A stretch of DNA of 64,000 nucleotides from Octopus vulgaris (Eukaryota), in contig OX597816.1 of assembly GCA_951406725.2 (NCBI GenBank), positions 31,186,001 through 31,250,000 on the forward strand, given 5' to 3'. Shown here in pieces: positions 1 through 13,106 of this stretch. The position numbers were made by a program, and so were the translations under genes. The notes under the pieces are model-generated. The model was given only the letters and a program-made list of their open reading frames with translations, did not search any database and was not told the DNA's origin. Position 1 is the first letter of the stretch; every line of letters begins with the position of its first letter.

Positions 1-329
1 CACATAATGCACATCTATATACACATATATATATATATTCACACATATACACATACACACATATATATATAATGCACACACAAACACAAAATACATACAT
101 ATAGCGTACACACACATATATATCTACATACCACACACACACACACAAACAATGTACTCATATATACACATATACACATATATACACACACACAACACAC
201 ACATATATACATATATATAAAAAACATATACACATATAAATACATACACACACACAATGCACACACACACACACGCACACACACACACAACGCACACACA
301 CACACACCACACACACACACACACACACA
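1..329. repeat. (CA)n/(TA)n compound microsatellite
   Basis: Directly visible; explains the CV/HT/IY-rich ORFs. Confidence 0.95.
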
Positions 330-1188
330 TTGACCCTGAGATGTATAATATATTCATTTTAATAATTTTTTCTGCCAATTTTTCAAATATTCTCACCATA
401 CTGTTGTACTATGTCCTCTTTATCAAAGACTGTATATATACATGTAATGTGACAATTTGCAACAACCAATAATTAACGCAACCAAACTTCCAATAATATA
501 TTTTTTTTATTCTTTTCTGCCCATTCTTTCAAATATTCTCATCACACTGTTGAACTTCTTTATGCTCTTAACATGTCCCTGTTACCAAAGACTATATATA
601 TACATGTAATGTGGCAATTATGTAAAAAAAACTTTTTTGAATTCATAACATTCAATGTGGCAATTATGTAAAAAACTTTTTTGAATTCATAATATTCTAT
701 ATGTTACTTTTGACAATCTTTTTCCAAAGAGTGAAACCGGTTAAGTAAATAAACATCTTTTAAATTGCATTTTCAAACCTTCTTTCGTATGTAATTCCAC
801 TCGTGCGATACCCCACAACTCAACTTTATATATATATGTTTAAAATGAGCCAAACAGTATTTACCATCCATAATAATTACAACATTCTAATACAGTGAAG
901 AACGTATCAGCACGCTTTGGGAGTATCGGTGTCATCGTTGCTCTCATCTATGAAACAAAATATTTAATAAGTATGTATACGCATACAGATACACATAAAA
1001 AGAAAATGCGCATACTCACAAACATACACATATACACATATACACACATACTCACAAATATATAAATATTTATATGTTATATATACCGGAGTAAACACAT
1101 AAATGTGAAACAAGGTGGAAAAAGAGTACTCAAATACCAGTGGTAGAGTAATATGCTTTGTATAAAGCAGCAGAAAATTCAACAACAC

Positions 1189-1226
1189 CTGTTACTCTGA
1201 GGTTCCCATTGCCGTTCATCGGACAG
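1189..1226 (-). ncRNA. degenerate minimal type I hammerhead-like motif (left arm)
   Basis: Minus strand CTGT-CCGATGA-ACGGCAATGG-GAACC-TCAGA-GTA-ACAG; stem I CTGT/ACAG; GAAA mutated. Confidence 0.55.
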
Positions 1227-1260
1227 TTTTTGCTAGAAAAACTGTTTTTGTTAGCAAAAA

Positions 1261-1298
1261 CTGTCCAACGAACGGCAACGGGAAACTTAGAGTAACAG
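1261..1298 (+). ncRNA. degenerate minimal type I hammerhead-like motif (right arm)
   Basis: CTGT-CCAACGA-ACGGCAACGG-GAAAC-TTAGA-GTA-ACAG; the two arms complement each other's core mutations. Confidence 0.55.
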
Positions 1299-1889
1299 GT
1301 GTTGTTGAATTTTCTGCTGCTTTAAATAAAGCATATTACTCTACCACTGGTATTTGAGTACTCTTTTTTCCACCTTGTTTCACATTTATGTGTTTACTCC
1401 GGTATATATAATATATAAATATTTATATATTTGTGAGTGTGTGTGTATATGTGTATATGTGTATGTTTGTGAGTATGCGCATTTTCTTTATGTGTATCTG
1501 TATGCGTATACATACTTATTAAATATTTTGTTTCATAGATGAGAGCAACGACGACACCGATATTCCCAAAGCGTGCTGATACGTTCTTCACTGTATTAGA
1601 ATGTTGTAATTATTATGGATGGTAAATACTGTTTGGCTCGTCATTTGAAACATAAGACCTCACATCACTATTTCTTCATTAAGCTAGAACGTATTATATA
1701 TAATCTGATTATTAACAGAATTCATTGTTTTAAGATGAATTGAAGTAATCCTTTCTCAGTTTCGGTGAGTAAAAACGAATATTGAAATCTAACGACTCCC
1801 ACCGAGTGTACGTGTTTTTTTCTCAGATTTGCGCATTAGTTAACAGCAAGAGACCATGTGAACTTTTCAACTTTCAATAAATGAATATG

Positions 1890-1953
<64 letters not shown>

Positions 1954-1993
1954 AAAAATAATGTTAATAAAACGGTAGTGTAATTTATATAAC

Positions 1994-2034
<41 letters not shown>

Positions 2035-2378
2035 ATATATATGCATATTTATGTATACATATATATATATATATATCCTAGTAGTGAATATCTGGCGTTC
2101 TTGTAATCTTTCATGTATATGTTCGTTCACGTCAGGGCTACGAAAGATCTTTGCATATTTTTGTTGTTCGTAATTATTCTTACCAGTATGTAATTCCCGA
2201 CGAAGAATCTAATTTTTTTTTCATGAAGAGGTTTACGTTATTGTCTTGGGAATGAATTAGACTCACAAATAATTTGTAGAAGGTATAATGATTCTGTACC
2301 AACAAGGATTATGAATTGAATTAATGTTCGTCTATATTTACAAATTTTCCTTCCTTTGTACTTCATTCATATATATAT

Positions 2379-3075
2379 GCGAGGTGGTATCAGAAAGCTT
2401 CGGGACCAGTTCTATAGTATGCCAACAGATAGTAGCAAAAAGTTGCGTGTGCAGTGATTTTCATGAGGCCGTGTTTTGAGTGACGTTGCTGTGTTTACTT
2501 AGCAAGTTGTGAACTTTGTGTTCTTGCGTTCACGTGTATGTTGTAGTCTGCGATTTTTGTCACGGATTGGAAGCTGGTGCAATAATTATCTTGAAATCTA
2601 ACATAGCACATGTGATGTTTGTTACAGAGCTATTGACGATGATTCAGAAAGCTCAAAGTGAGCGATCTGCAAGACATGCCAGGAGCATTACCTCAGAAAA
2701 TGTGAAGAACATTCATCGGCTTTTGCATGAGGATCGCCGGATGACATTCAACAACATTGCTGAGTTGTTGGTCTGCGTTATGTTGCCGTGCGGGCAATCC
2801 TAACGTCCGCAAAGTATTGGATCCTTCACTCCTCAAAAACAACATGGCGTAACTTCCGCACCCGCCTGATTCGACAGATTTAGCACCTGCAGCCTTCAAT
2901 CTCTTCCCCGAGATGGAAACGAAGCTCAAAGTAGGCCATTTTAAAACAAGTGTCGAGATCAAGAGAAAATCGCAGAAGGCCATCAATTTGCTCAAGGAAA
3001 ACGAATTCCAGATCGGCTTCCAAAGCATTACTTTGTATACCGGGCGGATAAAATGAACGTCGAAGCAATGTTATT
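2379..3075 (+). mobile_element. internally deleted mariner transposon remnant
   Basis: HTH-region peptide RSITSENVKNIHRLLHEDRRMT, then in another frame LPHPPDSTDLAPAAFNLFP (YSPDLAP-like motif); TIR-like start CGAGGTGGTATCAGAAAG. Confidence 0.8.
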
Positions 3076-5225
3076 ACTATGTTCCAAGTGTGTTAGTCAT
3101 TCAGGAAATGTTTAAATGCAGAATAAATGGGATTGAAATGCATGGTATATTCCTTCAAGACCCACGTCTAACCCTAAATCCTTCCACTGATAGAAGTGAC
3201 GTAACGTTTGCAGAAAAGCACAAATATTGTGCCTCTGCCTCTAAGATCAACGCATGATCTTAATGGAGATAATATCTTCTCAGGTCCTAAAGTTGTCACC
3301 CGTCTTCTTTCAGATATTTTTCTTCGGTTACTGTGAATTTCCATACATTCTCCCGTGCAGCCTGTTCAAGGCTTCTCTTTACGTTTGCCAACTTGACTAG
3401 CAAGATAAAATAGTCAGTTGATGTTTATTTTGAGAAGCCAATTACTCGACATGTCACACAGTTCGGCTGAATCGAAAACATGCATATGCCAAGTGAGCCT
3501 CTTAATCACGCAGCCAGGCCTGATTCTATTGCGGATGTTAACGCTAAATTTCCGCTTGAAGAACGTAGCAAATCTCATTGTAATTTCATTAAACAGTAGT
3601 GACCTCTGCAGTTTAGTATTCAATTTAAGTTGTATACGAGAGAAACATAATTTTCCTTGGAGGAGTGTATTGTAGGTTGTCGAGAGTTCAACATCTGGGT
3701 CATCCTGGATTTTGCTACTATACAACATTAATAGAGTGGCGAAAGGTTATCATCTCCTGAAGTACTTATTATTGTAGTCATGAAATTTCCAATTACATAC
3801 TTCACTTATTGCTGCCTCCTATTCTCGAGGAACATTTGAGTGGTTTCTGTTTTGAATCACTCCCAGCCCAAAGGTCATTTCCTTTTAACGTGATATTTCC
3901 TTGTTGACACACAGTAATATCTTCCTGAAAAAGTTACTTTGCATATAGGATCTTCATTTTGCACATTGTGTCCATTGTGACTCCATTCCGAATGTGAAGT
4001 ACATACTCAGTATTTTACAGCAGCGGTAAATGCCTAATCACCATCACCTACCACGATGCTGTGCAATTCCTCGTGTTCAATGGCGTATCGAATCTGGTGT
4101 AATGATGCATAACCTCTATGCTGCCTTTCAAAAATGTCATTGCATATGAAAGAGTGTGTGTGGAAACGGGCAGAAATATTTGGCAGATTATATCAGTCAC
4201 CTACCACAAAGATTTCTCCTTTTACGTTATGGACATAACATCTGGGTTGGTAAGTAAGTTTTAGATGCGACACATGGATGTCTTGAAATCTACTCTCTAT
4301 CATCGATGTAAGCATTAGCATCACGTCTAAAACATCATTTTTTCATTTACATTCAATAAGGAAATTAAAGGACATTTAATAAGGGTTTATGCGTTCGGCT
4401 GCGGGTAAATTCTGCCCTAATCAGGCAATGCACTAATACGTTACATTTTTAATCTGGATAAAAAATGAGAAATATTTATGAAAGAACTACTCTATCATAA
4501 GGTTCAACATACCATTATTGTAGCCCGGCTATTAATTCTTACTATTCCCAGTTTAATTAAAAATTTGTCACTACCTTCCTTGTTAATTAGGTTCAACCCA
4601 CTGATTCCTTCAACACATCATTTACCAACAATGCATTCTGTATCTACATTTATTTTAGTATCTCAAGTTCGGTCTCCGTGTAGCTTGACAGTTCCTTTCA
4701 TTCGGATGACTTAAACTTGACACATATATCCTCACTGCCATCCACAGATATATTCATCGTACTTCTATGATTTGCCACTTGAGAATTATCAGTATATATA
4801 GTCTGATTGGCATACCGATTCTGCGTATTATTTTGACTTGTAAACTAGAATTACTTTCTTCGTATTGAACAACTTCTCATTGCAGACTTGTTCAAGCATT
4901 TCCGAACTAAGTGTGTGGGAGTTTTTGTCCATTCACATTACAGCTGCCACTATCACGTGCATATACATATATACGCATACTCTCACACACACACGCGTAC
5001 ACACATATATACTTATACACATAATTATATACATGCATATACATGTATATATAAATACGTCTGTATATGAATTTATATTTATTCAGTGTGTATATGCATA
5101 TAACTTAGATAACTTAGATATGTTTAGACCAAAGATTGGTCCAGGCCATGTCTAACTTAATAGCACCACCTGATAGGATTATTCGAATCCTGTTTAAGTC
5201 AAGTTTTGTTTAAGTCATGTTTTGT

Positions 5226-8200
5226 TCAAGTAGTGAGTTCTTGTTGGGTGAGTTGTATCAAGTTTTGTTCAAGTAGTGAGTTCTTGTTGGGTGAGTTGTA
5301 TCCAATTATGGGTGGCTTATCTGGTATTCTTTGAAGGAATCTATCCAGACTCCGTTTAAAGTTGATGGGATCCTTTTCCTCTTTGATCTCCCTCGGGACA
5401 ATGTTAAATAGGGCAGGGCCTGTTGAGGCAAAGAAATTATGTTGCAGTGTACATGTATGTCGTGATCTTGAATTGGGCAGGGGAAGTATGGCCCGTGGTC
5501 CCAGTCTTGGATGAACCATGAAGCTAACGTTAAGGTTGTTTGGGCAAAGTTGGCGGTATATTCTCCACATCGTACAAATGATGTACCGCTCACGGCGACG
5601 CTGGAGGGAGTAAAGTTTCAAGGCTTTAAGGCGATCCCAATAATCGAGAGCAGCCATGCCTTCAATTCGTTTAGTGAGTGCCCTCTGGGGTGACTCAATC
5701 CTGGAGATGTTTTGCCTTGTATGGGGAGACCACAGTGGGCAGCAGTAATCAAGGTGTGGCCGTACAAAGGAGGAGAAAATTGGTATGATGACACCTTGTT
5801 TTCTGGACCGGAAAGTTCTTAAGATCCAGGAACTAATCCTACGAGCTATATCGACCTTCTTGTTGATGTATGCACTCCAACTGAGATCGTCATCAACAAT
5901 TACACCCAGGTCTCTGATATTGTTAGAGGCTGTGAGCGGTTCCCCTGAAGGAAGAGAGTATGGCTGTTTTAGTGAGGAATTTCTTCCAAAATGCATCAGC
6001 TCAAACTTTCCCTCATTCAGTTGCATTTTGTTTCTGTCTACCCATTGACTCACAGCATATAGATCAGACTGGAGTTGAGTTCGGTCTGCTTCTTCATTGA
6101 CGATTTGCTGGAGCTTAGTGTCATCAGCAAATATTTTCACTTTACAGTAATGTACGACACTGGAAAGGTCGTTTATGTAAATTATGAAGAGTAGCGGACC
6201 CAAAACAGTCCCCTGGGGAACACCGCTGGTGACTTTTGCTGGTCTTGAGTGTACTCCAGCAACTACAACATGTTGTGTTCTATTCGCCAGGAAATACTTA
6301 ATCCAGTGTAGAACTTTTCCACAGATTCCAACATTTGCCAATTTTGAGAGTAGGATATTATGGTCTACCCTGTCGAACGCTTTACTGAAGTCAAGATATA
6401 TGACGTCAGAGTTCGAACCTGTTCCCAAGGCTTTGGGTACATCTTTAATGTGGTGTAAGAGCTGTGTTAGACAGTCCCTGCCACAGCGAAAGCCATGCTG
6501 ATTTGCATTTAGGAGTTTGTGGGTCTCCAGGAAGTCAGCTATCCTTGATCTTAACACTCTTTCAAACACTTTAATGATGTGGGAGGTGAGTGAGATTGGG
6601 CGATAGTTGACTGCGAGGGATCTGTTTCCCTGTTTGAAAACCTGGTTGACCGACTGGGATAGAAACTGTTTCGGTATATAACCTGTGTCTAACGAATTTC
6701 TCCAGAGGTTGGTCAGACGGACTGCAAGTTGGTGTCTACATTCCTTCAGGAGACTAGCGGGAAATCTATCAGGGCCTACAGCAGAGTAGTATTTGACCTC
6801 ATTTATTGCTGCTACGATGTCAGTGGCAGTGAAGGTTATGTCTGAGATTTTATGTTGGGAGTCAACTTCGTTTGTTTCTCTTACGTCAATATCAGTGGGA
6901 ACACTAAAGACAGAGCAGTATTGTTTCTGCAGTATTTCTGCCATTTCTTTAGCATCGTGTTGGGGAATGCCGTTATCACCAATCAATGGCCCAATGGGTG
7001 AGACACTGGTTCTATGCTTATTTGCATAAGAATAGAACACTTTTGGGTTCTGTTTGATGTTTTTGATTACCCATTGTTCATCCACAGCTCTTTGATTTTC
7101 AATGGAGGTTTTCATGTTGGTCTGCAGATGAAGTTTTTCCAGCTCTAGTCTTTTCATTGTTGTTGAATGTGGATGTTGCGTGTGGGAATATTTTAATTGG
7201 TTGATTTTTTTGTTGAGTCTTTTGATGCGCCTAATGAGTGTTTTTTTCTTTTTAGGGAGCCGGTTTCTGTTAGTGTTAGTAGATTTCGTGAGAGCGTGTT
7301 TAGAACATGCATAGGTGACAATGTTTTCAAAGTGCTGCCACGCGGTCTCAATATGAGAGGAATTGAGAGTAAAAGACCAGTCGATGGAAGACAGATCCTT
7401 TCTGATTGCTCCCCAGTCCGGTTTGTGGAAGTTTATGTTGTCAAATGGGTGCCATGGAGTGGGATTGGCTGGTTTGCTTTTTATATGTCGGGAATTAAAA
7501 TTGCAGACTACCATGTCGTGGTCTGAGAGGAAAGTTTTTTCGACTGAAATACTGTGAACGTAGCTAGAGTGATTGGTCAATATCAGATCCAAGATCGTTT
7601 TATTCTGCCTCGTTGGTTCGAGCATTAGCTGAGTCAGGAAGTACTCATCCATCAGATTAAAGAGCAGTTCTGCTGGTGCTCTATCTGATGTAGAGCACTT
7701 GCCTAACTTCAGAGTGTTTGTGGGCCAGTTCACATGAGGGAGGTTAAAATCACCCATCACTAGTATGTTTCGGGAGTTGTACTTCCGAAGGAAGGACTTG
7801 ACTTTGCTAAGGCACTCTTCAAAGCACTTTAGAGGTGCCTGGGGAGGCCTGTAAAGACCAACAATGATTATGTCCTTGGCTTTGCTGAATAGTGATACCG
7901 ATTCACAGTAGCCATTGGAAAATATGTTCTTAGCATCAAGTGTAAAGGAGTCATGGATAAAGATGTCTGTCCCTCTCTTGTTTCGGTCTGTGCGATCCGC
8001 ACGAACAATGGTGAAATCTTTTATTTTCACCTCTGCGTCCATATGGGTGTTGTTCAGGTGAGTCTCGGTAAGGATAAAGAAAGGGAAGCAATGTGCCATT
8101 TCGGCAAGCCAACTCTATATATATGGGATCTTCCATTTTTGAGCAATAATTCATGGGTTGATGCCACGTACATTTAACAGGAATGTCGAGGTAAGGGAAG

Positions 8201-8309
8201 TTGGTAATGGGTGAGTGGTCCTTGTGATTTGCATAGTTGGTTGGTGATAGCTCGCTGGATCTCCTGGCTTAGGTCGGCCTTTATATTTTCTAGGTATGTC
8301 AGTAAAAAA
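5226..8309 (-). pseudogene. LINE-A ORF2: apurinic endonuclease + reverse transcriptase (957-aa uninterrupted part 8099-5226)
   Basis: APE motifs LLNVRGINP (from 8180), LTETHL, YRPP, GDFN, SDH; RT motifs YRPISL, DFSKAFD, GVPQG, FADD; in-frame stops at 8153-8151 (TGA) and 8117-8115 (TAG) cut off the N-terminus. Confidence 0.93.
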
Positions 8310-9447
8310 GAGTTACTTGTTTGGTTTGCCACTTGGTCAGAGGATACGTACTTCATGTTGGCGTTATTTGGTGTTTTTTCATGGTTCTGTTTACGTTGTT
8401 TGATTGTAGGAGGGGAAACGGTTGTATTTTGTTATTGTTGTTGTCCTAGATTTCCTCTGTTCCTGTTTATATTTATTCTGTGATCGTTTTGTGCCCTTCA
8501 GATGGTGGTGTTTGCATTCTGGGTTCAGGCACATCCTTTGTGACACAGAAGTTTGGCACAGTTTAGGATGGAATAAGCTGCATCCATTGCCTTTTGTGCA
8601 TCCGTATTTAGGATCAGTACCATGGATTCTGTATTTAGGACAGTATTTGGGGTGGTGGTGGGGGCAGTTTTTTCCTGTTATACCATATGGACAGGTGCCT
8701 TTAACAAGTCTACGACATAAGGTAGGATGGGAAAAAGCACAGCATCCATTGTTGTTTGTGCCGCTGGGGCCAAATCTACAGTTGCCTTTAGAATAGTAAC
8801 GGCAGGTGATTTTATGTGGTTTTAGTAGTGGTTTTTTCTATTCTGGCTGTAGTAGCAGTAGTGTCAGAAGCAGGTTGTTGATTTTGTGATAGTGGGTTCT
8901 GGCTTGACAGAATGTGGACAAATCTGCAGCTGCCTTGAGAGTAGTAACGGCAGGTAGTTTTATGTGGATGTAGTAGTGATTTTTCTATTCTGGCTGTAGT
9001 AGCAGTAGTAGAGTGTTGTTGTTGTTGTTGTAGGACCATTGAAACTTGACTTGTAGCAGTATTAGAGGGTTGTTGTTGTTTTTGTTGCTGTAGCGGCAGT
9101 GAAACTTAACTTGGTTCGTCAGGTGCTGGTGCCAATGGAAGTAGGTCAGTTGATTGTTGCTGTTGAAGTGTCCCCTGACCTGTTGTAATTTGGTCATTTG
9201 GTGCACTGCATTCATTGGCAAGAATGGCTTCTAGTGGACCCATGTGCGCGTGGAAAATAGGAAATATTCTTTTAATCTCTTTTATTTTGTTTTCGATCTG
9301 TTTTACAGATCTGTAAAGGGATTTTTTCGCTAAGTCCTCAGTTATTTTACTGTAAACATTAGCTTCGTTGTGATGGATGAACCAAGCGTTAATCATTGCA
9401 GTAATTTCATTTTTAACCCAGCGGCGTTTTTGAATATTATTGGCCAT
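8174..9447 (-). pseudogene. LINE-A ORF1: Myb/SANT-like N-terminus, Q/T-rich linker, CCCH zinc-finger array
   Basis: ATG at 9447 (MANNIQKRRWVKNE...). The TAA at 9108 corresponds to CAA in the neighbouring repeat (AGT CAA GTT TCA). Extra A near 8835. Fingers CRYYSKGNC..C..H, CRRLVKGTC..C..H, CPKY..C..C..H, CQTS..C..C..H, then LKGT. A further frameshift near 8450. Confidence 0.8.
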
Positions 9448-9551
9448 GTTCAGTGGGATAGTGTTGTGTATTATATATATGTATGTGTATGCGTGTATAT
9501 GTATATGTACACCAGTTATTGATGGCTTGATGTAAAATAGTGAATACACCT

Positions 9552-9633
<82 letters not shown>

Positions 9634-9769
9634 GCACAGAGAGCGAGAGAAGTGGGATATGGAAAGGAGCGTATTGTATGTATTTATACACGTTCTTGGA
9701 GGCAAGATATTCGATTTCCGTCCAGTATATGCATACAAAATGATGCTGCTCAGCAATATCAATGCAATT

Positions 9770-10059
<290 letters not shown>

Positions 10060-10862
10060 GTGTGTGTTGCCTCTATGCACGGAGAAACTACTGAATCAAT
10101 TTGTACTAAATTTGTAATGAACCTTTTTCCTCTACAAATCTATCCATACATATACATTTGTAATGACCGACATGTGGTCATGTATGTCTATGAGTGACTC
10201 TCTTCCTATATAGTATTACATACCGCGATTATCGACATGTAACTTTTCACTTCCCTTAAAACAATATAACATTTCATAGACGTAATATTTCTACAGTCAA
10301 CTATGGTACAGGACATTGTATATAATTGTGCACGTGCCTCTGTGGTTGTGTGTGAGTGTGTGTCTGAGTGTGAGTTTGTGTGTGTGTGTGTTTGCGAGTT
10401 CGATGCGTACGAGATAGTAAAGGACATATATGGCCACGATGACTCGCGATTTGCATATGTGTGTACGTGTGTGTGAGTGTATGTGTGTGGTTATATGAGC
10501 GTCTATGTTTCTCTGACAGTGTGTGTGCTTCCGCATTAGGCACGTTATTAAATACAAACACACATCTACACATACATATACATAGGTGACAACTGACGTG
10601 CATGAATGTATGTACATTTGTGTCTCTCTTACTATATGTATGTGTCTGGGTGTCTGCTCATCATCACAGTTTGTATATCAATGTGCATGTCTCTTTGGCG
10701 GTGTGTGCTTCCGCATGGGTTATGTACCTTATTAAAAATACACATACATCCCCACATACATATACATATATGATGAGAACGGCTGGAGCTGAAACTCTTG
10801 GCAAAGGACAATTTGGTGACAGGTGCAAGGTATATCAAAATAAATATCTGACATTCGATTAA

Positions 10863-10910
10863 CAGTTCATAAATATTGCAGCTCATAAATATTGCAGTTC
10901 ATAAATATTA
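10863..10910. repeat. 16-bp tandem repeat x3
   Basis: CAGYTCATAAATATTG units. Confidence 0.85.
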
Positions 10911-11217
10911 GTTTACACTGAATACAAAGATACAGACATGCGCCATATATACAATTGCTTACAAAAATAGAGAATAATGCATATTCTTTCTTTTTTCGAA
11001 ATTGTTAGTTTTAAATATTAAAGAGAAGTATTCCCACAACGAAGGAAGGTGATCTCTTCAGAAACGCCATATACTTATATATATATAAGTTCAGCAAAAT
11101 TTAGTTTCAAATGAATATGGTACTTAAGTCCGATACACCAGAATTTTGTACGGCATTATCCATATAAATCCATGGGGTTATTATAATCAAAGTAAGCAAC
11201 AATAATCTCTTCGGTAA

Positions 11218-11305
11218 TTTGGTACGATCGTTTCATGCTACATCATTTTATTAATCATTGTAAGTATTACATCAATTTTAAAATGTTGAGCAACCTTCAG
11301 ACATT
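11218..11305 (-). ncRNA. degenerate hammerhead-like motif with long stem II insert (Penelope pLTR remnant)
   Basis: Minus strand CTGAAGG-TTGC...GCAT-GAAAC-GATC-GTA; palindromic stem III ACGATCGT; stem I poor. Confidence 0.45.
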
Positions 11306-13069
11306 CATAGAGGTTTTCCATCAATACATATACTTATTTCCATGTCAATTGTTAACTTTATAAAGTGGGTAGATAAACAGACAGAGAGGTTGATGGATTG
11401 TTAAGAACATCATAGTGTTAGAATTTATCTTCTGACTGTAGATTTTTCTTTTAGTTATTTGGATCTGCTAGTGAGGAGGGAGGGTTATTTGGTTGAATGG
11501 AGACAAATACTTTTTCTATTTATAGATATAGGGAGGGGTAAAATAAAGGTTACGATTCATTGATTCTCCGGAGAGAGAACAAGACTCCCACAGCAGATGC
11601 GAGGCATTTTTATGGTTAGATAATTGCTATATGTCCACCAAACAACTTTCCCATTCTAATGAATTTTATTGTACGTGATACGGTGGAATCTGAACTTAAA
11701 CCGTAAACACAGACGAAATGTCGCTAAGCATTTTCTGCGGTACATTCCGAGATGTATCAATTTGAAGTTTATATTGGTAAACTCTGAAAAGAAAAAGAAA
11801 AAGAAAAATTATCACTATGTTGTTTGAGATCTTAGGCAATGAAAAAAATGCATTTCTAACATAAATTTGTAAATTTATTGCATTGGAAAGAACGTTTACA
11901 AACTTCGATGAACACATAATGAAAAGATACGTGCACTTTAGCTTAAATACTCTCCTTTGTATTATTCAACAGTAATGAAATGTTGTATCCAATTTCAAAT
12001 GTCACATAATGCAAAAGGAACATTTGTAAAAGTGTATGGTTGATAATTTCCACTGTACCGTGTGTTGTAATCATTTGTTCCGGGTAGCTGTTATGGTGCA
12101 AATACATTGTTCAATAAAGTCAAAAGAAGGAAGAGAAAATGTCACGTATATTCTTCCTATTAGCAAAGCAGAAAGTACGCATTAGTTATTGTTACTGTAT
12201 ACAAACATTATACGATTTTAATGAAAGGAAGTACAATGCGAATATCTGTCCATGTAAAACTAAAGATTAATTGCTTATGTTATGCAACCTTTGATATTTA
12301 CGATGTTTTGAGACAAACCTTTATGGATATTTGTAATACATTCATCTCCTGTATTAAAGGTGATTTGTATAATCTAACGAATTAAGGAAGCTTGTAACAA
12401 ACATGATTGCAAAGTTAGCAAATATTTAATGAATAATCTTTTCAAATTTGCCACATTTTGGTCTTCTTCATTGTATTTCTCAGTTACAAGTGTTCAAAAA
12501 GTAATGCTGCTAAATAGCAAGTCTTCTTAGAGAGAACATAAGCATAAATAATAAAGATACATTAAAGAACAATGAAATAACCAGAAAATATGAATGAAAG
12601 AATGAAGCTGGAAGACATGTCAGGTTGCTTCAGACGTGGAGAAATTTAGCGACAGCTATTATCTTGGGACTTATGTAGGTGACGTAATGCAAGTATTCCT
12701 TACATATTGAAGTATTTCCGATTCAAAGACACTTCTATTCCTCAGCTCATGTGAAGACACATTTTTCAATCTGAAATCGAAATATAAAATCGAAGGATGG
12801 TGTTCAAGGTCATGTGTGTTACATATATTACAGTTGTCTCGGGAAAACAAAATAACATCAAATGGTGCGAACTCCAAACAAGAATTGTGCGTGTGTGTGT
12901 GTGTGTGGTGTGTATACGTATATATATACACATACATACACACATGTAATGTGTTTATGTGTGTATACATGAAATGCCCACTCGCTGTGCCTCTGCAAGG
13001 CCACACTATGGTCTCAGAATTAAGGGTGATACATATAAGAATATAAAAGAATAGATTTATAAACATGTA

Positions 13070-13106
<37 letters not shown>

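Larger units (their letters stand above)
834..1654. repeat. ~820-bp foldback palindrome (~400-bp arms, 16-nt spacer) centred on inverted Penelope-like pLTR ends
   Basis: 847-1235 is the reverse complement of 1252-1639 with few mismatches; spacer is 1236-1251; each arm carries a hammerhead-like motif. Confidence 0.93.
5101..9724 (-). mobile_element. full-length CR1/L2-group LINE (LINE-A) with inactivating mutations
   Basis: Flanking direct repeat GTATATGCATA at 5090-5100 and 9725-9735 (TSD); 5'UTR, ORF1, APE-RT ORF2, short 3'UTR and (ATCTAAGTT)2 tail. Confidence 0.9.

Noticed and set aside
330-820. Possible pLTR with GAAACCGGTT + AATAAA and internal tandem duplications
   Set aside because: No intact CUGANGA core or stem I found; too speculative to call a hammerhead
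3120-4250. GC-richer, decayed-coding-looking segment with 85-104 aa ORFs
   Set aside because: No motif I can recognise; may be an old transposon but unsupported
5306-8796. Short ORFs overlapping LINE-A in other frames or strand (same for 51248-55538 in LINE-B)
   Set aside because: Shadow ORFs of the retroelement coding sequence
9448-9762. N-terminal extension of the 218-aa ORF 9106..9762
   Set aside because: Runs through a microsatellite and beyond the TSD; the real ORF1 start is more plausibly the ATG at 9447
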